64,000 bases of DNA from positions 1,038,282 through 1,102,281 of the forward strand of contig OZ253669.1 in NCBI GenBank assembly GCA_965263375.1, in the 5' to 3' direction. Origin of the DNA: Parvularculaceae bacterium. GTDB taxonomy: Bacteria > Pseudomonadota > Alphaproteobacteria > Caulobacterales > Parvularculaceae. Under the pieces are notes generated by a model. The model made no database searches and was not told the DNA's origin. It saw only the letters and a program-made list of their open reading frames with translations. Positions 9,629 through 17,086 of the stretch are shown here, piece after piece; positions within the stretch are counted from its first letter, which is position 1; every line of letters starts with the position of its first letter. Made by a program: the position numbers and the translations under genes.

Positions 9629-10059
9629 TACGCCCCCCGCGCTGCTAAACCAGCAAGCACAATAATAATGGTTAGCGTCAGGGACGCCCCATAAATCACC
9701 CAAGCCGTGGTTTTTGCAGTTTGATAATCAAGGCCGCGGCCAGAGTCCCAAAATAAATGCTTGATGCCGCCCATCATGTGTTGAAGCAGCGCCCAGGCGT
9801 ATCCTGCTAAAATGAAAAGCCCAAAAGGGGAGGTGAGGAAGTCGCCGAAAGGTTTAAAGGCTGCTGGCCCTTGGTTTAAAAATATGGCCCATAATGCAAG
9901 CAAGATAGTTCCTGCATATAACGCGACGCCTGTTGCACGGTGTGTGATGGAGCTCGCCATGGTGACAGTCCATCCCCAAATTTGTAGATGCGGCGAGAGC
10001 GGTCTTTGCACCGCCTTTGGCGTGGCTCCGGGTTTTTGCGTCCCGGCTTGATTTACCAT
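9628..10059 (-). CDS. sdhC: succinate dehydrogenase cytochrome b556 subunit
   Basis: 143 aa. RPLSPHLQIW.W...M..SI.HRATG motif, 3 TM, first gene of sdhCDA. Confidence 0.85.
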   Translation of the reverse strand: MVNQAGTQKPGATPKAVQRPLSPHLQIWGWTVTMASSITHRATGVALYAGTILLALWAIFLNQGPAAFKPFGDFLTSPFGLFILAGYAWALLQHMMGGIKHLFWDSGRGLDYQTAKTTAWVIYGASLTLTIIIVLAGLAARGA

Positions 10060-10262
10060 ATCGATCCCTCATGTAACCTGTTTGATCTGGACAATAGGCA
10101 GGGCCGCGTCTGTGTCAACGGCGACATCTTTTCCTATATATGACCCGAATTATGGTTTGGAATGTTTCGAGGGTGCGATGCAAGAGCAGAAACGACGCTT
10201 GCCTTATGGTTGTCCTTCAGCGCATGATATAGGCTTGTTTATATGGGGAATTGTGGGGCGTT

Positions 10263-10793
10263 ATGCGATTTTCGCGGCAGAATAAACGGTTTATTGGGTT
10301 GATTGCGGCGGCCAGTTTGGGTGCGGGCGTTTTGGGGGCTGGCGCACAAGCACAGGCGGAAACCAAGGACGCTTTAACGGGCGATGATATTCAACGCGTT
10401 CTTGAAACGGCAGGGCTTAGCCCGGCAATGACAGAGGATGCTGCGACCGGCTCGCCTGTCGCACGCGGACAAGCTGGCGCTGTTACTTTTTGGGTGCGCG
10501 CCTTGGGATGCGGCGGCGCGCCCCAAGCTTGCGACACCCTAGTTTTCTTCGCCAATTTCAACTTAGGACGAAGTGTGGCGGATACGGATTATCGCATCGT
10601 CAATCATTATAATGACAGTCAAGTTTTTGGCCGTGCCTATATTATTGAAGGCAAAGACCAGGTTGGGGTTGATTATGTGATTGAGCTTTCGGGCGGCGTC
10701 ACCGAAAATCACCTTTCTGAAAATATCAGTCGGTGGAGTGATGTTATCGCCGCCTTTGTTGAAAGCTTTGCATCAGGTGACACTGGCGTTTAA
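10263..10793 (+). CDS. YbjN-domain-like secreted protein
   Basis: The ATG at 10263 gives MRFSRQNKRFIGLIAAASLGAGVLGAGAQA (signal peptide). The remainder resembles YbjN/putative sensory-transduction-regulator family proteins of alphaproteobacteria. Confidence 0.55.
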   Translation: MRFSRQNKRFIGLIAAASLGAGVLGAGAQAQAETKDALTGDDIQRVLETAGLSPAMTEDAATGSPVARGQAGAVTFWVRALGCGGAPQACDTLVFFANFNLGRSVADTDYRIVNHYNDSQVFGRAYIIEGKDQVGVDYVIELSGGVTENHLSENISRWSDVIAAFVESFASGDTGV

Positions 10794-10822
10794 TCTAGCT
10801 ATAAGCTGGGAAAGCTTACACC

Positions 10823-11791
10823 CTAGGCGGCTTCATCATCCCCCACTAAGGCTTTTAGTTTCGGTGGTAATTCAGCATCAAGACTACGAAGGTGGGTGAT
10901 CAACGCCTTTTCAAAAGGCGCCAGGACCCCGTCTTTGTTGATGCGATCGGCGAGCCAGTCAGCTTCTTCAGCAGAAATTTTCTCCGCTTCGCTGGCTTGG
11001 CTCGTATTCATTTCATTAGCGAGTTTGTAACGCGCCTCAACTGCTTCATCGGGGCTTTTCCAAAGGGTCTTGACACGGTCCCATAGGCCCATAGGTTCGG
11101 GTGCTGGTTTCTTTTCGCCTTTAAGAAAACCGCTAGCGTTAAGGGCGGCGGCTCGGCCTAGGGGCTTGTATCCAATATGGGCCATTAGACTATTGGCGAC
11201 GGCTTTTTTAAATAAATCTTCCCAAGCCGGATCATTAAGAGCGTTTTTCGCTGCATCGTTTAGATCGAATAAAAATTCCGCCTCGTCACGTGTCACAGCG
11301 ATATTACCGTCGCCGCCAGCCGCGAAAAGAAAGCGACGCGCCATATCCGCGTCCTCTTTGGAAATAACCGGTCCGTCTGTCTTTTCTAAGATGTGCGCTT
11401 TGAGCTGCTCGCGAATAAAGACATGCATCGCGTCTGGCGTTGCAATGGCTTTTTCTAAGAGCTTCATGAAAAGCCCAAGCTCTAAGAAGCTAATTTTTGT
11501 TCTCTGTCGGGTAACTTGATCTTGCAGCCAAGTGAACTCTTCTTGCGTCAAGTAACCTTCTGGCTCCGCCTGATTCAGGAAGTAGTCGGCGCCAGCTTCT
11601 TCAAAAAACGACGCCCACTCTCTATCGCCTGCTGGCGCGCGCTCAGCGAGTTCAAGCAATTGGGCCATTTCATTGCGTGAAATAATACCATCGGCGAAGA
11701 CTTCGCGTCGTAGGAACAACACGTCGTCGGACCGCACATAACTGGTATTCGCAATGGGAAGAAGGTCGGAAGATGGCAGGGCGGTAGACAT
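10823..11791 (-). CDS. hypothetical protein with repeated TerB-like modules
   Basis: 322-aa acidic ORF. Repeated DG.IS..E / DG.I..DEAEFL segments are reminiscent of TerB-like domains. Confidence 0.45.
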   Translation of the reverse strand: MSTALPSSDLLPIANTSYVRSDDVLFLRREVFADGIISRNEMAQLLELAERAPAGDREWASFFEEAGADYFLNQAEPEGYLTQEEFTWLQDQVTRQRTKISFLELGLFMKLLEKAIATPDAMHVFIREQLKAHILEKTDGPVISKEDADMARRFLFAAGGDGNIAVTRDEAEFLFDLNDAAKNALNDPAWEDLFKKAVANSLMAHIGYKPLGRAAALNASGFLKGEKKPAPEPMGLWDRVKTLWKSPDEAVEARYKLANEMNTSQASEAEKISAEEADWLADRINKDGVLAPFEKALITHLRSLDAELPPKLKALVGDDEAA

Positions 11792-12058
11792 GATTTACTC
11801 CGGTAACGTTGAGCGCAAAATCATGCCTGAATGAAGTTAATATCGTGGAAATCACCAAAAGTTAATAAAAGGTTAATGAAATTGAGAAAATTGAGTGGAT
11901 CGCATTGCTCTAATAAGACTGGGCTTGCATCATCGAATTATTCGGCTATAAGCCACGATCTTTAGCGGTCGCCAGGCGTGAGGGCATGCCTGGGCGGCTT
12001 GAGTGCTTGGCCTTTTTATCAAAGGCCGGCTTTATCAAAAGCCAAAAGGAACAGCGAA

Positions 12059-12259
12059 ATGCCCAAGATGAAGACTAAGTCTGGCGCGAAGAAGCGCTTT
12101 AAAATGACCTCCTCTGGCAAGGTCGTCGCCGGCGGCGCTGGTAAGCGTCACGGCATGATCAAGCGCACGAACAAACAGATCCGTCAAAATCGCGGCACAT
12201 CCGTGCTTGCGGATCCTGATGCGCGCATTGTCAAAAAATATATGCCTTATAACCGGTAG
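12059..12259 (+). CDS. rpmI: 50S ribosomal protein L35
   Basis: [22 protein letters not shown]... from the ATG at 12059. The longer ORF from 11978 is an artefactual extension. Confidence 0.93.
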   Translation: MPKMKTKSGAKKRFKMTSSGKVVAGGAGKRHGMIKRTNKQIRQNRGTSVLADPDARIVKKYMPYNR

Positions 12260-12272
12260 GAGGGATTAAAGA

Positions 12273-12629
12273 ATGTCACGGGTTAAACGGGGCGTTACAA
12301 AACACGCCCGCCATAAAAAAGTTACCAGCGCGGCGAAAGGCTATTATGGCCGCCGCAAAAACACTTTCCGCATCGCCAACCAGGCTGTGGAAAAAGCTGG
12401 CCAGTATGCTTATCGCGACCGCCGCGCGAAAAAACGCAATTTCCGCAGTCTTTGGATCCAGCGGATTAATGCGGCAGCCCGCGAGTTAGATATGACTTAT
12501 TCGCGCTTTATGCATGGCCTTGCACAAGCGGGGATTGAGGTTGACCGTAAGGTTCTTGCTGACATCGCAGTGAAAGAACCAGAAGCCTTTAAAGCCCTTG
12601 CAGAGCAGGCTAAAGCGGCTCTCGCATAG
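12273..12629 (+). CDS. rplT: 50S ribosomal protein L20
   Basis: [17 protein letters not shown]...YRDRR.KKR.FR.LWI.RINAA is canonical L20. Confidence 0.95.
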   Translation: MSRVKRGVTKHARHKKVTSAAKGYYGRRKNTFRIANQAVEKAGQYAYRDRRAKKRNFRSLWIQRINAAARELDMTYSRFMHGLAQAGIEVDRKVLADIAVKEPEAFKALAEQAKAALA

Positions 12630-12650
12630 GACTAGAAAAAAGTTTTCCCC

Positions 12651-12683
12651 AAAAAACGCCGCTCAAAAGCGGCGTTTTTTTTA
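12651..12683 (+). terminator. rho-independent terminator after rplT
   Basis: ACGCCGC-TCAAAA-GCGGCGT followed by T8. Confidence 0.75.
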
Positions 12684-12946
12684 TGCGCGTTATTCAAGAA
12701 TGATGAGCAGAATTTGCCCGTATTTAGGTATGAGGATCATTTCGATTTAGATCCTTTTAACCAATCGTTCGGAGGCGAGGGAAAATTTGATTTTTGAGCC
12801 AAGTCAACTTGATGATGAATAAATTATAAAAAATTCATTGTTGCATATTGCGCTGCAGCAAGTTATTGCTGCGCTGCAAAATAAATAACGAAATGGTGAG
12901 TCTGGAAGCGCTCGGGAATTCGTTAACCTATTGAAAGGAAAATGAA

Positions 12947-13213
12947 ATGATCCGGTCTAAACTTTTCTCAGCTATCCTTGTCGCTGGTGTTGCTCTTACT
13001 TCTGCAGCGCAAGCAAATCAAATGTCCATCTCTTACGATTCATCTCGTATGGATGATCCTGCTTATGTTTCTGAGCTTCGCACGAAAGTGATGAAAGCAG
13101 CGCAAAACTATTGCCGTCAGCAATTAGCGGGCGCCTATACATACAGAGGCTTCAACAAATGTGTTGATGAAACTGTATCTCAAACGTGGGCTGGTCTTAA
13201 GTCACAAGCTTAA
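12947..13213 (+). CDS. UrcA-family secreted small protein
   Basis: 88 aa with a signal peptide. The pattern 'ISYDSS..DDPAYV..L..KV..AA..YC' with two Cys is like UrcA-family proteins. Confidence 0.6.
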   Translation: MIRSKLFSAILVAGVALTSAAQANQMSISYDSSRMDDPAYVSELRTKVMKAAQNYCRQQLAGAYTYRGFNKCVDETVSQTWAGLKSQA

Positions 13214-13257
13214 GCTTGCTTGTGTATCGCAAAACAAGTTTTCTTGTCTGAAAAAAT

Positions 13258-13295
13258 AAAAAAGCGGGCTCCTTTTTAAGGGGCCCGTTTTCGCA
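13258..13295 (+). terminator. probable rho-independent terminator after the urcA-like gene
   Basis: AAAAAGCGGGCTCC-TTTTTAA-GGGGCCCGTTTTC, an imperfect GC-rich hairpin followed by a T-run. Confidence 0.5.
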
Positions 13296-13539
13296 TTAAG
13301 GCGCTCCCGCGCGGCGGGGGTGACGCCCGCGCTAATTCCCGCTAAGCCAAGGGTTCCTATCTTGTACAATTATAAAGGAAGAGCTCTAATGGAGAGTTTT
13401 TATTATCGGTCTTGGTATCGATGAAAACGGCGATGGTCTACATGATCGAGCGCGAGAAAAAATATTACCAGCCATATTCAATGAAGAAACTATGTCTTTC
13501 GACATAATCAATCCCGAAACAGAGTAAAAATCCCATTCC

Positions 13540-14493
13540 ATGTCTGACCTAAACGTTCTTGAGCAAAATCTTACTGATGAAATCAATGCCGCCGCGGATG
13601 AAACGTCGTTGGAGGCTGTGCGCCTATCCGCCCTTGGTAAAGAGGGTGCGGTCAGCAAGCAGCTACAAACCCTTGGCAAGATGAGCATTGAAGAACGCAA
13701 ACAAATGGGGCCGGTCTTAAACGGGCTAAAAACGCGCATTACAAAAGCGATCGACGATAAAAAACTTCAGCTTGAAGAAGAAGCCTTTGAGGCGCGCCTT
13801 GCCAGCGAAGCGATTGACGTGACCCTTCCTATTCGGCCTGAAGCCATGGGCAAGATCCACCCCATCACACAGGTGAGGGAGGAGCTGGTCAGATTAGTCG
13901 CCCCCTTAGGGTTTGACCTTATTGATTCTGGACCTGGCGAAGGGGCTGCATTGGCCGCTCCCGTCGCCGCCCTAAAAGGGCGTACGGCGCCAACCCGTCT
14001 TATGCTCTTTAATCAAAACTTTGATGAAGATAAAAAAGATGGGTTCACCGGCCATTTGCTTGAAGGGGTCATCGTGGAAAAAGCGATCCATATGGGTCAT
14101 TTGAACGGTTTCTTCAAGACGGTTGTCAGCGCTTTTCTAGGGTTACCAATAGCGCCCATGCGCTTGCGCCCAGATTTTTATCCGGTTACGGAACCTTCTG
14201 CGGTGATGGAGCTGTCTTATGCGCAAACTGGCGGTCTATTAAAGGTTGGGGAGGGAGACCTTTGGGCGCCGGTTGCCGGGGGCGGTATGTTGCGGCCCCA
14301 GGTTTTGGCGGATAACGGCCTTAACCCCAGCGAGGTTCAGGCATGCGTTTGGCGATTTAGCCTCGATCGTCTCACCATGTTAAAATATGGAATTGGGGAG
14401 CAAAAAGAACTTTACACCGCTGATGCGGGTTGGCTCGCCCATTATGGTTTTGAGCCGCTTGTCCAGCCGAATTTAGTGACGGGATCAAACTAA
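13540..14493 (+). CDS. pheS: PheS-like protein (phenylalanine--tRNA ligase alpha-subunit homologue with eroded catalytic motifs)
   Basis: 317 aa. The N-terminal coiled-coil region and C-terminal ...DRLTMLKYGI...WLAHYGF are clearly PheS. The HPAR motif, the LLRTHTS...PGRxYR block, DATHxPxFHQ and motif 3 (GFAFGMGxxR) are altered or missing (see findings). Confidence 0.8.
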   Translation: MSDLNVLEQNLTDEINAAADETSLEAVRLSALGKEGAVSKQLQTLGKMSIEERKQMGPVLNGLKTRITKAIDDKKLQLEEEAFEARLASEAIDVTLPIRPEAMGKIHPITQVREELVRLVAPLGFDLIDSGPGEGAALAAPVAALKGRTAPTRLMLFNQNFDEDKKDGFTGHLLEGVIVEKAIHMGHLNGFFKTVVSAFLGLPIAPMRLRPDFYPVTEPSAVMELSYAQTGGLLKVGEGDLWAPVAGGGMLRPQVLADNGLNPSEVQACVWRFSLDRLTMLKYGIGEQKELYTADAGWLAHYGFEPLVQPNLVTGSN

Positions 14494-14891
14494 TGACCGC
14501 AGATGAACGACCTGAAGGCGCGCTGACGATACGCACCGTTGCGATGCCAGCGGACGCAAATGCTAATGGCGATATTTTCGGCGGCTGGGTCTTGTCACAG
14601 ATGGATATTGCCGGAGGTATAGCGGCGTCGGAGCGTTCCAACGGTCGGGCCGCCACTGTGGCGGTTGAGGCGATGACGTTTTTAAAGCCTGTCCATATCG
14701 GTAATGTTTTGTGCGTCTACACCCAGGTGCTTGGTGTCGGCAATACTTCTATGCGCATACAGGTAGAGGCTTGGGCGCGCCGTCAGCTTACTAATGATCG
14801 TGTTAAGGTGACAGAAGGGGTCTTCACATTTGTGGCGATTGATGAAAATCGGCAAAAGCGCTTGGTTCCAGCTGAAGGCGATCTGTTGTAA
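14493..14891 (+). CDS. yciA: YciA-type acyl-CoA thioesterase (hotdog fold)
   Basis: 132 aa. LTIRTVAMPADANANGDIFGGWVLSQMDIAGGIAA...VEAMTFLKPVHIGNVL is near-colinear with E. coli YciA as I recall it. The start overlaps the pheS-like stop (TAATG). Confidence 0.88.
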   Translation: MTADERPEGALTIRTVAMPADANANGDIFGGWVLSQMDIAGGIAASERSNGRAATVAVEAMTFLKPVHIGNVLCVYTQVLGVGNTSMRIQVEAWARRQLTNDRVKVTEGVFTFVAIDENRQKRLVPAEGDLL

Positions 14892-14918
14892 TTTATTGCT
14901 TGGATCTTTTTTGATATC

Positions 14919-16703
14919 ATGAAATTCTCTCTTAGTTTGCTTAAAGAGCATTTGAAGATAAATGCTGACCTTGATGAGATTGTTGCGGCAATGCTATCGC
15001 TCGGCTTGAACGTTAAGTCGGTTGATAATCCAGCGGAACGCCTAAAAGACTTTACGATCGCTGAAGTATTAGAGGCGGAAAAGCACCCAGATGCTGATAA
15101 GCTGCGGGTGTGTAAAGTCGCTACAAAAGATGGTGAAAAACAAATCGTATGCGGCGCACCGAATGCCCGGGCCGGAATAAAGGTCGCCTATGCGGCGGTG
15201 GGGACGTATGTGCCAGGTATCGATATCACCCTTTCTAAGGCGAAAATTCGCGGCGTTGAAAGCTTTGGCATGATGTGCTCAGCGCGCGAGCTTGAACTTG
15301 GTCAAGATCATGACGGAATAATTGAAGCGCCACAGGCGTCGCAAATCGGACAGGCGGTCGTCGAAGCGCTGAACGCCAACGATCCAATTGTTGAGTTCGA
15401 AGCTCCATCAAACCGTCCTGATGCAAATAAAATTGAGGGTGTTGCGCGCGAGCTTGCGGCTGCGGGGTTCGGGGAATTACTCGCCCCGATTGATGATGGC
15501 TCTTCGGTTATAAGGGAGCTTGAATTTTCCGCGCCGGAACTTCAAGCCCTGACCGGCGCCTCACTAGAGGCGATAACGGTCAAGCGGATTTTGGAAAGCC
15601 TTGGTTTTTCGATTAAAGAAAAAACCGGCTCCCTTTTGTCCGTCGGCATCCCTTCATGGCGTGCTGACGTGAAAGAAAGTGCTGATCTAGTTGAAGATAT
15701 TTTCCGGATTATCGGATATCGTGAAATTCCAGCTGTGCCGTTACCCGGTTTAGGGCATGTCCCGACCATATCGCCTTTATATATGCGCCAAGCGGGCGCC
15801 CGCCGTGTGTTGGCGTCGCGCGGTATGTTGGAATTGGTTGGTCATCCGGGTGCGTCGAATGAGTTCGCATCGTTCTTTCAAAGTAATAAAGACGAAGCTA
15901 ATGACGAAGCTAATGAAGCTCAGACGACACAGTCTCCTCAAAAGGACTTACTGTCCCAATCCCTTTTGCTAACCCTTCTTACTGCGATAAGGGAAAATGT
16001 TGATCGCGCTGCCGAGGGGCTTTCATTCTTTGAATTTGGTCCCATCGTGAAAGCTACGGCGGGGGCGGAGCATTTAACTGTTGTTGGCGGTATTCGTTCA
16101 TCGGGCCGCCCCCGTCACTGGCGGGATGGCTTGGGGCTGGTCGACGTGTTCAGTGTAAAGGCGGATGCTATGGCGACGCTTGAGGCGGCAGGCGCGAAGG
16201 TTTCCTCGCTTCAAACGGCGGTGGACGCGCCTACTTGGTTCCACCCAGGACGGTCAGGTGTTTTGCGCTTAGGGCCAAAGAATATTTTAGCCGCCTTTGG
16301 TGAAGTGCATCCCAAAATATTATTGGAGATGGGAATTGAAGATCGGGCGTACGCTTTTGAGGTCAATCTGAGTGCTATACCGGCCGCTAAACCGAGCAAG
16401 GGGACAGCAAAACCAGTTTATGAGGGTAGGGGTGAAACAGCCATTCGTTGTGATTTCGTCTTTACTGTCCCTAATGATGTGTCTGCCGAAGCGTTCCTTA
16501 ATGCCGTTAAAGGGACTGATAAAAAACATATTTCACATGTAAAGCTTACTGCGCTTAACGCAGCGGGCGAGCAAAAATCGTTATCCGTTGAGGTGACCTT
16601 TGCGCCAAAGGGTAAAACGCTGGATGACGAGGCGATTTCAGCGCTTTCAGCAAAAATTGCTGCTCAAGTGGATAAAGCCACGGGTGGGACGATGCTGAGT
16701 TAG
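14919..16703 (+). CDS. pheT: PheT-like protein (phenylalanine--tRNA ligase beta-subunit homologue lacking the B3/4 editing domain)
   Basis: 594 aa, versus about 800 aa usual. The tRNA_bind OB domain (HPDADKLRVC...VCGAPNA...RGVESFGMMCS), B5-like region (PSWRADV..DLVEDIFRIIGY..IP) and C-terminal FDX-ACB-like region are present. The roughly 200-aa B3/4 segment between SNRPDA... and B5 is absent. Confidence 0.8.
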   Translation: MKFSLSLLKEHLKINADLDEIVAAMLSLGLNVKSVDNPAERLKDFTIAEVLEAEKHPDADKLRVCKVATKDGEKQIVCGAPNARAGIKVAYAAVGTYVPGIDITLSKAKIRGVESFGMMCSARELELGQDHDGIIEAPQASQIGQAVVEALNANDPIVEFEAPSNRPDANKIEGVARELAAAGFGELLAPIDDGSSVIRELEFSAPELQALTGASLEAITVKRILESLGFSIKEKTGSLLSVGIPSWRADVKESADLVEDIFRIIGYREIPAVPLPGLGHVPTISPLYMRQAGARRVLASRGMLELVGHPGASNEFASFFQSNKDEANDEANEAQTTQSPQKDLLSQSLLLTLLTAIRENVDRAAEGLSFFEFGPIVKATAGAEHLTVVGGIRSSGRPRHWRDGLGLVDVFSVKADAMATLEAAGAKVSSLQTAVDAPTWFHPGRSGVLRLGPKNILAAFGEVHPKILLEMGIEDRAYAFEVNLSAIPAAKPSKGTAKPVYEGRGETAIRCDFVFTVPNDVSAEAFLNAVKGTDKKHISHVKLTALNAAGEQKSLSVEVTFAPKGKTLDDEAISALSAKIAAQVDKATGGTMLS

Positions 16704-16785
16704 ACGGGACGGCTCCTCTTGCCTTGACGATAAAGGCGGGGTATCACCGCTATTCGCTCGTAGCCAAGTGCTCAGCACTTAATAT

Positions 16786-16861
16786 GCCGCATTAGCTCAG
16801 CTGGTAGAGCACATCATTCGTAATGATGGGGTCAGGTGTTCAAGTCACCTATGCGGCACCA
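16786..16861 (+). tRNA. tRNA-Thr (anticodon CGU)
   Basis: Manual cloverleaf: acceptor GCCGCAT/ATGCGGC, D-arm GCTC-AGCTGGTA-GAGC, anticodon arm CATCA-TTCGTAA-TGATG, T-arm AGGTG-TTCAAGT-CACCT, encoded CCA. Confidence 0.9.
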
Positions 16862-17086
16862 GTAAAATCAATGACTTAGATGGGTTTTGTGGTTTGGTTC
16901 AAGGTAGTGTGCTACCAGGGCGCTACCATGAGGATTGATTTCACGGCTATTGATACCTCCCGTCTAAAGAGGTTTTATAGAAAAATAATTAATGCAGTTT
17001 TTCTGGCCAATACCCGAATTATACAAATCATGGAGAATATTGGCAAAGATAGCCATTTGAATGATATTAACTGATAGGGGGAGCTG

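Noticed and set aside
9629-9703. Longer start for sdhD
   Set aside because: The extension lies inside sdhC. The ATG at 9628 overlaps the sdhC stop and gives the expected roughly 110-aa anchor subunit.
11978-12058. N-terminal extension of rpmI (the ORF track starts at 11978)
   Set aside because: L35 universally begins near MPKMKT. The extension has no conservation and probably lies in the 5' UTR.
13390-13425. Short leader peptide (MESFYYRSWYR) upstream of pheS-like as a Phe-attenuation leader
   Set aside because: It contains only one Phe codon, has no obvious alternative terminator/antiterminator hairpins, and has no RBS. This is insufficient evidence.
13386-13739. 117-aa - strand ORF overlapping the pheS-like start
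   Set aside because: It overlaps the well-supported conserved N-terminus of the PheS-like gene on the opposite strand. Its translation is low-complexity and S/R-rich.
13921-14070. Possibility that the PheS motif loss is an artefact of compensating frameshifts
   Set aside because: I translated the other two forward frames across this segment. Both hit stops quickly (...SYAL* and ...LPSPP*), and neither contains HPAR-like or motif 2-like sequence. The annotated frame is the only open one.
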